The translations under genes were made by a program, and so were the position numbers. The notes under the pieces were generated by a model. That model saw only the letters and a program-made list of their open reading frames with translations, searched no databases and was not told the origin of the DNA. A stretch of DNA of 63,557 nucleotides, filler included, from Basidiobolus ranarum (Eukaryota), in NCBI GenBank assembly GCA_040143965.1. It is 20 parts of 20 records of this genome, joined end to end, with 100 filler letters (N's around TTAATTAATTAA, not from the genome) between each part and the next. Parts side by side here need not be neighbours in the genome. Positions count along the whole stretch, not along the records: positions 47,796 to 50,870 come from JASJQH010002749.1; positions 50,971 to 54,044 come from JASJQH010002750.1; positions 54,145 to 57,217 come from JASJQH010002751.1; positions 57,318 to 60,388 come from JASJQH010002752.1; positions 60,489 to 63,557 come from JASJQH010002753.1; 15 more parts are not named here. One strand, written 5' to 3'. Below, one piece after another: positions 49,158-61,324 of the stretch (the first letter of the stretch is position 1; every line of letters begins with the position of its first letter).

Positions 49158-50636
49158 AAATATATCTATCTATATCTCAAATACACCTCCCAAACACCAT
49201 AAATTCTTATATTACTATTTCAAGAGCCAGTAGCTATAAGTAAACCTCTTGTGTTAAAGGATAGAAATGAGTTAGAAGTAGTCTGTCAAGTCCAACAGCT
49301 CACAAAACTTTCAAGTGGAGCAGGCATTGTCAATGTCTTTTGTGTCATATTGATGCAGCTAAATGTCTAATACACAAGAAGGTCCTCTTTTAAAAAACTA
49401 AAGGGATTAAAATCAGTTCATAAATCAAGAAAAGAATAAATCAAATGGCACTAGAACCCAAGAGATATGTTTTCTGGGCACAGAAAATATCATGGAAGCC
49501 AACATGTGACTTCTTACATGGTCAGTACAGTCTGCTTACTTTAACTCTTTAACTTAGAGCATATAAGAGAAGAAGCTTACTAGGGGCGCACAATGATATT
49601 AAAATATATTTTGAAGTTTATTGTCGAAAAAATATCAATAAAAGTGGGTACAGAGCACATAAATTCTGATCGGTCACTATATGCTCAGAATGTGAATATG
49701 GGCTTTTATTCTTAACGGCAAAGGTGATAACTAGAAAATCCATATCACGTTTAAAGGTAGTAGCTTTATTGTTGATTTTATCTACTATATAACTATGGAC
49801 CAGTTGAAAGGTGTTGATACTTTTTTGATGTGAGTATTTTCGCAATACCATCAAATTGTTCGGAGATACACTCGCTTAGTGTACAAACATGGTTACTTTC
49901 AAAGCTGTGTCGAAGTCAATACTTTTTGAATGACCAGCAACTGAACCATTGGAATTTGCAGATGAGTTTCCACTCGATTTAAAAATAACCATATCAAATA
50001 GGAAATTGCTCTTAATACCAAATCATATGTTTGGTAATTTTCCGCTATTTAAGCGATTCACTAATCGAAATTAGTAGCATGTTGGAGTATTTTTAATTCA
50101 GCATGAATCATGTCATATGTTTCAAACTCAGTCAGACTACTCATGCCGGAAAAATCAAGCAATTAGCGTCAATTTGTTGGGTTTTATGCACTGGAATGAG
50201 CCACGAAATCCATTACCGAAAATAGTGTTTGGCCAATAATTACTCGATTGCTTGATTTCATATATGTTTGAGCCAATAATATACTGATCCATTAACAAGC
50301 ACACACCTTTCGATTGTATCGGTTAATAACTCTTCTGTATGCTCACCTGTACCAATCTTCCCCATGAGTCAGTTCGGTAATATGTACGAGAAGTGATAAA
50401 GCCCCACTCATAGTCCAATCATTGAAGCATTATTGCAACCTCATCACCAAAATACCAGAATAAGGATCATAGCGTAAAGCGTCATCTGTATTTGGATCAT
50501 GTGGAAGACTTGGATAGATTTTCAGGCTCAGTTTGAACTTGTGTGTAGCGTGTTTAACCAGAATTTTGTATAAAACCGTGCATGTAACATCCTATTTCTA
50601 CAAGACATCTCGCAAACCAAACACTACAAACAAACA

Positions 50637-50870
50637 ATGTCACTAAATATTATTCTTGTACACGGAGCATGGGCAGACGGATCCAGTTGGAGCGATGTCA
50701 TCCCAACGTTACAGCAAGCTGGTCATAAAGTGATTTCTGCCCAGTTGCCTCTAACCTCACTCTCTGATGATGTGAACAGAGTTCGAACACTTCTAGACAG
50801 TGTTCAAGGACCTACAATCTTAGTCGGGCATTCTTACGGTTGCGCCGTGATAACTGGTGCTGGAACCGGC
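50637..50870 (+). CDS. Alpha/beta-hydrolase (Abhydrolase_6-like), 5' part
   Basis: IILVHGAWADGSSW, QLPLTSL.DDV and LVGHSYG nucleophile elbow; TATAAAA at 50569. Confidence 0.88.
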
Positions 50871-50970
50871 NNNNNNNNNNNNNNNNNNNNNNNNNNNNNN
50901 NNNNNNNNNNNNNNTTAATTAATTAANNNNNNNNNNNNNNNNNNNNNNNNNNNNNNNNNNNNNNNNNNNN

Positions 50971-53337
50971 GCATGTAAGCAGTAAATCCATCACAGTAAC
51001 CAACAAATATGCATTTGCTGCATTTGAGCTCCAATTTAGAGCATTTATGAGCTGTAATTAGGCAATATCCTGTGCAACCAAAGATCCTGAGATGATGCAT
51101 GCTTGGTTTTGATCCATATTGGGCTTCAAATGGAGTAGAATTTTGTCGCAGTCTTATTGGACATCTGTTTTTACATAGACTGCAGCAGACACAGATTCAG
51201 AGCTATATTGTTATTATAACATTCCATCATGCCACATTGATTTTGCCAACTCCACTTTGTTTCTTTTAGCACATTCAGCAACTCCCTGTTTCTGTAAAGT
51301 AAAAGGTACAGTAGTTTGTTGCTTACTACATGTTTAGGACAGAAACTGGCAAAGTCTTTGGAGCAGTATTCTCCACCATTATTGCTCCTTAGTACCCTTC
51401 TTTTTTGGGCTCATTCTTTTCCTACCATTGCTTTGTAGTGCTTGAGCATAACTGAGGCTTCACATCTTCAATGGAGAAAGAATATCCATGTGCATCTTGT
51501 TTGTCATCAATCATGGTCATGAGTACCTGTTGCCACCTAGTGAGACATTTTCCTTAGGGCCATAGAGATCAGCATAAATCAGGGCAAAATTATGAGTGGA
51601 TTTGATCTCTCCAGGACTTGAAAACAGCTGTATATTGATGTTTTCCATATATTTAAGCTTCACACAGATCCAATTTAGTGATATTTTCAATTTCTAAGCC
51701 TCAAACAAACTGATTTTTGATCATTTGGGTTAGTTTTTGGTCCCAGTTTGCATGCTTAGAATGCAATTTGTTGATTTCTGGCTTTAAAAGTGACAAGTTG
51801 TAATGCCAGTGGCTAATAGGGTATTATTGTAATCTGGGATAATGCATCCAGCCTTGCTGAATACAAATTTTAGTCCTTAAGTAATTTCTTGGCTTACTGC
51901 AAGCATACTTTTGGCTATATTTGGTACATAGAGTATATCATCCAATTTTGCAGAAGGTATAGCTGAATTTGGTCTAAATTGATCACAGTTAAGCACTTAC
52001 CAACTGTATCTAGTACATAGTCATCACTTACATAGACTTTCCTTGTTTGGATGGGGTATAATCCGGAAAACCAATCTTTCTTGTTTGAAATTTACTGGGA
52101 AGCTCTTGAATCAATGCACCATGTTCCTAAGTCTTTCTTAGTAGTTGCTGATAGGACAGGGAAGTATAGATGATCCCTATCAGTGCTTACTTGATTTGCC
52201 AGTTCTGATGTTGGCTTTTCAGCAAAAATCCTATTTCTGCACTCTTGGATTAAATGGCTAGATTCCTTGCAATACCGGCAGATGATTGATTTCCAATTCG
52301 GGGCACCAATATTGAAGCACATTATATTTTTTGCAGCTCCAAAGAATACATGATCTGCATTACTTTGCTGAGAATTAGATCTCCATAGTTCATCATTCAA
52401 AAGCCTAGCACCCACATATTCCATTGTTAATGGCTCTGATTATGTTTCTAGGGCATTTATGAGGCTCCCAAACTTATCCAGCAGGCTCTCAAGTAGTGTC
52501 ATGACTATGTCATCTTCATTTAGAGGTGCTCCAAAGGATGAGAGCTGATCTACCATAGTTTTTATCCCATTTATATGATTAGCCATAGATTCATGAAAAT
52601 TCATCTAAATTGAGAATAATTTTCACCTAAGATATTGCCTATTAGCCAGATTTTTAGTCTCATGTAGCCCCTCAAGTGTATCCCAAGGAGTTTGGATGAT
52701 TTCAGCTTAGTGAATGTGCCTCAACTGAGGGTCACTGAGATGCAGACAAAGTGTATAGAGTTCTTTCTTTTGCTTCTTGTGAAAGGAAGGATAGCTTCTG
52801 GTGGTCCCTTTGGCTTTATTTCTTCTCTTTTAACAAATTACCAAAGGTCCTTGTCTTCTAGCACCATATGCATCTTGAACTTCCAAAGGAAAAAGTCTTC
52901 ACCGTCAAACTTCTCTGTGGATGCAAAAACATTGACAATAGTACTGATAGACTTTCCTTTAATGACTAGCTTGGGGCCCATGACCTGACAAAAGTCTATA
53001 GTGGATATTGAAGTGTTTTGTACAAGATTTGGATTTGTGAACTAGAATTTTATGTTTTACAGAGTTGAATATGTCCTATTTTAATTTTACTACAAAATAG
53101 GACTATTGGATACACTTTGATCATAACAAACATGCCTGTTGAGTATAGGTGAAAATTTCAGGTGATTTGGAGAAGTTTTCATAAAATATTGAAAACTGGA
53201 AACAGTGATCTAATTGGTATTTTGATCAATTAGAGCAATGAACACACATTTTTTAATGACAGACTTGAGTGCTAGATATTAAGAATACATATACACTAAC
53301 TGCTAAATAATGAGTTGCTATTTACCTAATAGTAATA
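50971..53337 (-). mobile_element. Degenerate Copia element: LTR-B (52986-~53337), PBS, gag, zinc knuckle, protease, integrase
   Basis: FDGEDFFLWKFKM, CRYCKESSHLIQEC, WCIDSRASQ, LRSNNGGEY and HLRIFGCTGY occur in Copia order. Confidence 0.9.
52974..52985 (-). other. Copia primer-binding site GGTCATGGGCCC
   Basis: Directly follows the LTR-terminal CA and matches the GGTTATGGGCCC-type PBS of copia elements. Confidence 0.7.
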
Positions 53338-53339
53338 AT

Positions 53340-54044
53340 AGAAAGATTTCTCATAGTGTATTGAAGCATTTTGTTCTCCATTTGGATGGATCTAAAATTG
53401 TGTCAATTTTCATCTGGAAGTCCGCCAAAACATAAAATAAGGTGGATTTCTTGTGCTTGATTCTAGAACCATTAATAGGCTCTGAAACTGTGTGGAAGGC
53501 TATCCTGGACAGTAACTATTAAATCTTGATCAATAGTAGGTACTCCAATGCATTCTAAGTTATCCACTAAAATACTAACTCCATTAATTGGTGATTTTAC
53601 GTCTTCTTAGAAACATCTTGTTAGAAGCAGAACATGCTAGGTAGGTGTCAACCAATGCTTTCCATACCTTCTTGGCAGTTTTAGCTCTTCACCATTAAAT
53701 TAATAATTTGTGTTTAACATTCAGACATGCTGAGTATCAATCAAATAAGCACACAAAATCAACTTTGGAATTACCCTCTGAGTCCATTGGCTGTGCTTTG
53801 CCTCAAAGTTTTGATCACAGTTGAAAGTTAAGATACCATGGAGTTACCACAGTTTTATGACCAGTACAATGTAGGTACAAGTGCAAGTTTGGCCAAACCA
53901 GGAAGTCCAGAAGACTTTGCAAACATGCGGCTAGATGTTGACCTTGGTTATTCCAGTACTGCTGTTGGTATATCAGATGAAGATGAACAAGGAGATCATA
54001 GTCTTGTTATGGACTCTTTATTATTGGGAAGCATTAGTCACTCA
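53340..54044. mobile_element. Copia gag remnant (minus, ~53340-53730) and CMC family A transposase N-terminal fragment (plus, ~53737-54044)
   Basis: AKTAKKVWKALVDTY...NKMFLRR; the second part aligns with 7510-7810. Confidence 0.65.
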
Positions 54045-54144
54045 NNNNNNNNNNNNNNNNNNNNNNNNNNNNNNNNNNNNNNNNNNNNTTAATTAATTAA
54101 NNNNNNNNNNNNNNNNNNNNNNNNNNNNNNNNNNNNNNNNNNNN

Positions 54145-54445
54145 GAGACCTTTCCAACAAGCTGTTGACTACACTCGTCGTTGGGGTACTGTTGCTTGCA
54201 TCGCTCTTCCAGCTGGTGCTAAGGGAACTTTCCCTGTCTTCGATCTTGTTCTCCAGCGTTTGACCATCCGTGGTTCTATTGTAGGTAACCGCCAAGATCT
54301 TGCTGAGGCTCTCGACTTTGCTGCTCGCGGTAAGGTCAAGTGTCACTACAAGGTCCAAGATATGGAAACCATTCCTCAAGTATATGAAGACATGCATGCT
54401 GGTAAGATCGCAGGACGCATTGTTCTTGATATGCATAATCATTAG
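54145..54445 (+). CDS. ADH1: Zinc-dependent alcohol dehydrogenase, copy 1, 3' end
   Basis: IRGSIVGNRQDLAEALDFAARGKV...GKIAGRIVLD followed by a normal stop. Confidence 0.9.
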
Positions 54446-55322
54446 ACTTTAAAGCGAGCACATTGTATAAATTTAATATAATAAATATAGTACGAAGACA
54501 TATTACTCATTTGTTTAGAAAACGAAGAATTTAAAATTTATTAATATCAATCAGTGATATGTAGATTTGCGCATGCGGAAAAAAATGAAAAGTTATTTAA
54601 ACTGAGTAGTATAGTAGACTTACCAAATTCTAAAAGTGTTAATTTGGTTGATCTAATTTCAAATGACCCAAAGCAGTATGTAAATATACCATACTCTCAT
54701 ATGCAGGCGATATTTCCTAATATATCTAAATTGTTTATTCATTTCCGTAAAATCCGGATTGATGCAGCAATAGGTTTTTCAATCTAGAATTTTGGAATCA
54801 ATGTGAATACCCCGCAATCGGATATAGTCCATATTCGCTCACATTTAGATCTTCCGTATCAAGTTATTCATTGTAAGCAAATGATCCAATGAAGAAAGAT
54901 AAGGGTAGCTTACTGATCTGCATCAGTCTAATTCGCTCATTAAAAGCTGCTCCTCCGAAATGAAAACTTGAAGTCTGGTTCTTGGTGTTTATGAACTTTT
55001 TCGCTGTTCAATAATCTTTGATTTGAGCACTTTGGTAGTATTCTCAATATAGATACGTGATACGATTGATTGAGCATTTCCGGCGGAGTGTCAACCTAGA
55101 ATAAAGGGATATACTTCTTAGCACTTTCATCAATTGCCAAACTGGGGTTATATAAAAATAAACTTGAAAAATAGTTTTAATCTTTCAGTTATAACTTAGT
55201 GAGGATGTATATTTTACCAGATCGAGACTTGAAAAGGCTGAGTCGCCATCAGTCAATAGTTGTAACTCAAATGTATATAAAATGCAGCCTTGTGGTCAAA
55301 TACTACATTAAACACCTACAAC

Positions 55323-56319
55323 ATGTGCCAAATCCCTAAGACCCAGAAAGCTGCTGGTAAAGATTGAATATACTGGTGTTTGCCACACTGATCTACACGC
55401 TGCTGAAGGTGATTGGCCTATTCCTACCAAACTTCCTTTGGTTGGTGGTCACGAAGGTGCTGGTAGAGTTGTTGCCCTCGGTAGCAACGTCACGGATCTT
55501 AAGATTGGTGATGCTGTTGGTGTTGTCTGGCTTCACTCTGCTTGCATGACCTGCGAATACTGCATCCAAGGTCGTGAAACTGTCTGTCCTAACCAACATA
55601 TGTCTGGTTACAGTGTTGATGGTACTTTCCAAGAATACTGTGTTGCCCGTGCTTCCCACGTTGCTCGTATTCCTGACAACCTTCCTCTCATTGAGGCTGC
55701 TCCTATCCTTTGTGCTGGTGTCACTGTCTACAAGGGTCTCAAGGAAACTGAGGTTCGCTCTGGACAATTCATCACCATTGTTGGTGCTGGTGGAGGTCTC
55801 GGTCACTTGGCCATCCAATACGCTAAGGCTATGGGTATGAATGTTGTTGCCGTTGATACTGGTGATGACAAGAGAAAGATGTGCGTCGAAGAACTCGGCG
55901 CTGATCACTTTGTTGACTTCATGAAGGATGATGTCGTTGCTACTGTCAAGAAGGTTACTGATGGTGGATCCCACGGTGTCCTCCTCTTGTCTCCTGCTGA
56001 GAGACCTTTCCAACAAGCTGTTGACTACACTCGTCGTTGGGGTACTGTTGCTTGCATCGCTCTTCCAGCTGGTGCTAGGGGAACTTTCCCTGTCTTCGAT
56101 CTTGTTCTCCAACGTTTGACCATCCGTGGTTCCATTGTTGGTAACCGTCAAGACCTTGCTGAGGCTCTCGACATTGCTGCTCGCGGTAAGGTCAAGTGTC
56201 ACTACAAGGTCCAAGATATGGAAACCATTCCTCAAGTATATGAAGACATGCATGCTGGTAAGATTGCAGGACGCATTGTTCTTGACATGCACAACCATAA
56301 GATTTTCCTAATTTCATAA
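55323..56319 (+). pseudogene. ADH1: Alcohol dehydrogenase copy 2 with an N-terminal frameshifting deletion and lost stop codon
   Basis: MCQIPKTQKAA is fused out of frame to LVKIEYTGVCHTDLH, giving a stop at 55365. GHEGAG, the Cys4 zinc loop and GAGGGLG are intact. The TAG of copy 1 is AAG here. TATA at 55274. Confidence 0.75.
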
Positions 56320-57111
56320 AAGTGTACATTTCATAATAAAATAAAGCAGTTAATGCAATACATCAAGGCTAGTTAATAAAATTTGTTGACCTTTCCACAA
56401 GTTTCTACCCTGACGAGTTGTAGTTTGATGTGTTTACACTGTGATTCGAGTGAAGTCGTTCGGGAACGCAGCAAAAAATGTGTCGTAAATTTCATTTCAA
56501 GCTAAATATTGGCAAGAGACTAGTAGCGAACAAGTATCGTGAGAGAAAGATGAAAAGAATTTTGAAAAGAAATTTAAATAGTACGTGTTAAATTCGTTAT
56601 TTGTTTAAAGGGAAACCAGCGTACAGGAATTTCGATAGAGAGTTACTTTTTAGTCGGCAGGTCAACAACAAATTCAGCCGGTGGAAATAAGTGGGCGGAA
56701 CGTTGATTTGAGGAATCCAACTGTTGCAACCGCCTTTCCCAATGGTATAATTTTGATATTTTATAATCCTATCCCAATGTTTCTACTTCGAAAGTATCGA
56801 TAAAACTATCCGTGTGTAATGAGATAAACATTAATTAGACAAGTGCAAGTGTCCTCTCTTCTGCAAAAAGCACGCACTTTTTCAACAATATCATACGAAA
56901 ATCTTTTAGAGAACCAAACACTGATATTTCCAAGATGCAGATATCATCATGAAAATGTTCATAGCAAATCTCCTGCCGTGTTAGAAAATACTACTTCAAT
57001 CAAACGTTGTAACAAAATGAAGACAATTCGGTAAGTAAATTGTATCAAATTTTTGACTTTATTGTATACGATATATTACATTCTAGAAGTTAAGCAGCAA
57101 AAATTAAAAAT

Positions 57112-57217
57112 TTAAGAACGGTTAAGAGCAGCAGAAGCCTCAGCTTGCTTGACCAAGTTCTCAGGAGCATCCAACCAGTCCATCATCAATTCAACAAGAT
57201 TGATCTTGTCACTGTGA
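57112..57217 (-). CDS. PDC1: Pyruvate decarboxylase, C-terminal 34 aa
   Basis: HSDKINLVELMMDWLDAPENLVKQAEASAALNRS* matches the fungal PDC C-terminus pattern (KIRMIE...DAPQNLVEQAKLTAATN in yeast Pdc1). Codon usage resembles the ADH genes. Confidence 0.75.
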
Positions 57218-57769
57218 NNNNNNNNNNNNNNNNNNNNNNNNNNNNNNNNNNNNNNNNNNNNTTAATTAATTAANNNNNNNNNNNNNNNNNNNNNNNNNNN
57301 NNNNNNNNNNNNNNNNNAATATAGCTTCTAGGGTGGTGATAGGAAAGCCAGTTGTTGCTTTTGGATTAATGAGGAATGACCATTTAGAGTAGACGGAGAG
57401 CATGATATTAATCTTGTGTTGAGCTGGCACAATACTGAGCAATCTGGTGCAATTGAATTATTTATCTAAGAATTTCATTTATGATAGTAAAATTCCCTAC
57501 ATTCCATATAATAAAATATCTGTTTGTGTTTATTATACTGATTATTTCAATTATGTTTAATTTTATGGAAATTATATAATAAACTGCATCAGCAAAGTTA
57601 ATTATAGTTTGATCTGAATCAATTTATTTAGCATTCATATCAAAACAGCTCAAAGCAGAATGCATTATGCTTGATCACACTAGAGGAAATTAAATTTGAT
57701 ATTTTAACCAATGATATAAAAAGATCCCTATTTCTAATTGAAACCAATAGAGTCTAAAATCATAGATAT

Positions 57770-60177
57770 ATATGGTAGCTATGTACCATGTCAAAACAAA
57801 TTCTTCCAGATTCACAACCTACTTTGCAGTTGAATGAAGTTGTAGGTGGCACAAAGCAGCACCTGCCTAATAATTTTACAGAGGCCCAGGTATCTAGTAT
57901 CAATTTTTGCTTGGATGGATGGGAGTTATTGATAAACTTGACACAAGCTGAGTAAGGGTTTATTAAACAAAAGTGGAAGCAACTTTTTACTCTGCTTTGG
58001 AGAGAATACTAAATCTTGAAGCCTTGTTAAGTCTGCAAGAAAATATAAAAGAAGGCTCATGAGGATAGATAGCATCAACTGAGAAATAGGAATTTCAATT
58101 TTCAGTCCGCAAAGACATTATTCCAATTGCATTTTTGCTTGTATGGACTGGAAGAGACCATCATGGCTTCAACTCTAGTGACAAAAGATGTTCTAAATAG
58201 ATATCTACCACTGCTCAATGAGACTTTGCAGCAACTGTTGATAGAGGTTGCAGAGTTCCAAACAAAATTTCAGGACACTATGGCAAGAGTAATCAAGAAA
58301 GGTGTCAAGAGAAATGCAAGACAATTTATTAAATCTGAAGATATTCCCAAAGGCAAATTGGAGCAGTCTAGACCATTATACAGATGTACTTGATCACTCC
58401 AAATCTGAGAGACTCCTGATGAGGTATCTATTTCACAAGAAGAATCTGCACAACTCATCACTAGAATTGAGGTGAAATCTCCAACAAAGGCAAGAGCCCA
58501 ATGTGTTGGTTCCTTAGCTAGTAGTACACATTGACAGCAATGCCAGCTTGCAAGGTTCTGTGATGCTTCTACCGTTTTTGATGAAGAGCAGCAGTTGATG
58601 AAGAACCAAAAAGAGAATGGCCTGCATTATCATGCATCATAGTGCTTGATTTATCTGATTCAACCAAACCAACTAGTGAGCTTTTTTCATCTGGAGAAGA
58701 GTCAGCTCCAAGGAGCATGCAACCAGAAAGACATACCTGTTTAATGTTTACCACTGTGCAACAGCAACAAAGGGAAACTACAAGAATTATTGAATCTTCC
58801 AGTTTGTTGGATGAAGATCTGACACCTGAGAGCAATCTACTAAGACAGCAATCCATTATAATGCATACCCTCACAAGACTAAGACAAGATATGTTTGAGA
58901 GAGATAGTTAAGCTCTGACTGAGCTTGAAGAAGCCCCTACAGTCAAACACAAACCTCAAGGTAGACAATATGCTCCAGCACATTCCACCATGCAACAGAG
59001 GTCATGGCAGCTCATCAAAAGAGATGAAGCTTCCATCAAGTTTGAAGAGGCAAGAGCTGCCAAACACAAACCTCAAGGCAGAAAACTTGATCCAACATGT
59101 ACTGAAACTTGACCATGGCAATGACCAGTCAAAAGAGATGAAGCTTACAGTGTGGTTAAAGAAGCAATATCCAGCAAACACACACTTCAAGGTAGATGAC
59201 TAGCTTCAGCACATACTGCCATGTGAACACAGCCATGGCCTGTCAAAAGTGATGAAGCTTCCACTGTGGTTAAAGAATCAATAACATTTGAGCACAAACC
59301 TCAAGTGAGACATTCTGGGTTAACACATAAAGCTGTGGGCCAGCAGCAATGGATGGTTGACCTGTTAAGTGAAGGATCCATGTTTGAGGAAGAGACCGTA
59401 AATACAAACAAACCACAAACTATACCAGTTGAGCCAATGCATATAACAGCACATCAACCTCAAGCCACAACTCATGCTGGCCAAGGTAAAGGAACTTCAG
59501 CTGGATCAAACAGATCAAATCAACACAGAGGTTCAAGCAAAGTTACTCTCATGGAAATAACAAGGAGACAACAAAAATAACAGAAGCAAATCAGCATGTA
59601 CAACTTCAAACCTGGGCAACTGCTGAATGCTCTAGTTTATACTTTCATTATCCTATCTTCAATGTTTAGCACATGATGCAAAATCAATATTGATTGCATT
59701 TAAATAATGCATATATGAATCAAGCAATCCTGATCATTACTATTATGCTGCAGATCAATACCTCATTAAGGGCTGTGATTTTTCACTGGTGTGCCAAGAC
59801 TATTGGTGTTTCATAATGCAGGAGCTGTTGGGCTCAATTGAAAATCAGGATATTGTGTTAGTGAGGGACAAATGATTGTCCTAAAAACATGTGAATGCCT
59901 CTTGATAAGATACAGACAAGAGGATGAACTTGCTTTGTCAGTCACCCAAAATCTTGATTTGGCAATACTTGAGCAGGTAACTTGGTATGGCCTGCCACAA
60001 TATCTCCAAAAAAATCATTGTGTCCAATTGTGGTGGAATACTGCCATATTATTCCTTATAGTGTCCAATTGAGTGTTTTAGGACCTAGCCATGGTAACTA
60101 ACATATCATGCCAGATGGTGTGATAGTAGGTGGGATCAAGCAGCACAATCTGACCTGGTCTGATGGAACAAGTCTAC
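57770..60177 (+). mobile_element. Family B: long degenerate ORF (~57770-59640) with 114-117-bp internal repeats, plus downstream segment
   Basis: Homologous to 13584-14150, 37200-38157 and 1-660. Repeat units start at 58945, 59062, 59176 and 59290. Confidence 0.65.
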
Positions 60178-60388
60178 TGTTAAAATTAGATAAATAGCAA
60201 GTGATGAATCAGTGGTTAGTTTACTAATATTCTGACTATTTTGCACTCAAATCTGCCTTTGAAAACCATGTATTTATTGCTCTAATTCATAGAAATATTA
60301 ATTAGATCACATATGCCAAGTTTAACTATTTTCTCAAAACTCCAAAAATCTTCTCAAATTTTCACCAATGCTTTACCAGCATATTTGC
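60178..60388 (+). mobile_element. Copia LTR family B, partial
   Basis: Aligns with the reverse complement of 35560-35760. Confidence 0.75.
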
Positions 60389-60488
60389 NNNNNNNNNNNN
60401 NNNNNNNNNNNNNNNNNNNNNNNNNNNNNNNNTTAATTAATTAANNNNNNNNNNNNNNNNNNNNNNNNNNNNNNNNNNNNNNNNNNNN

Positions 60489-61324
60489 AGAGAAACAGGA
60501 AGTCCGAACATTCTTGGACACATTAATGCAAAATACTGTCAATGAGGAAGGTGACTCTGATAAGGAGAAGCGCTACGGAATGCACCAACTGACCTCTGAA
60601 CAGATCCGAGGCAACTTGTTGAACGTTATAATGGCTGGATATGGTAAGTCATTAGTTTGGTCTTGCATCTTGATTGCTTTCTAAGGCCATCATTTGAACA
60701 GATACCGTGGCAACCACCATGAGCTGGATTCTGTATGAGCTGGCTAAGAGCCCTGAGTACCAAGAAAGGATACGTGTCGAAGCAAATGCATCCCTTGGGG
60801 ATGTCAATCGATTAGACCTTGAGAAGGATTTCTCAGTCCTCGAGAAAGTTTTCAACACCCCAGGCGTCCATGTGCCATTTATCAACGCATTTGTTCAAGA
60901 AACATTTCGACTTCATTCGGTTATTCCGTTGCTTCAGGTGCACGCGCTAAATGATCAAGAAATCCGAGGAGTCAAGATTGTCAAAGGCACAGAGATATTC
61001 CTACTCAACCGCGTTGCTACCCTGCGGTCCTGGCCAACCTTCAATCCATTCAAGTTTAACCCGGTGCAGTGGCTTGATGCGGATGAAACTCTGCTCAATG
61101 CTATGAATCAGGTTATTCTTACCTTCGGCTTCGGACCACGTGTGTGTCCTGGAAGGCATCTTGCTGAAATGAACCTGATTGCGATGGTTATTTTAATCAC
61201 CGCCAACTTCCAGTTATCTCTGATTGATATGCCACCATCTGCGGAACCGGTACACGAGAAGGGAATCCCCGTTTCATTTCCGGCAAATATTCAAATTCGC
61301 ATTGAGCCCATCGAATCATGCTGA
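60489..61324 (+). CDS. Cytochrome P450, C-terminal half
   Basis: I-helix AGYDT spans intron 60644-60701; ETFR (ExxR), FNPVQW and the heme motif FGFGPRVCPG. Confidence 0.93.

Noticed and set aside
55393-56298. 301-aa minus-strand ORF
   Set aside because: Antisense shadow of the codon-biased ADH. The same applies to 19716-20039, 16267-16470 and 45946-46167.
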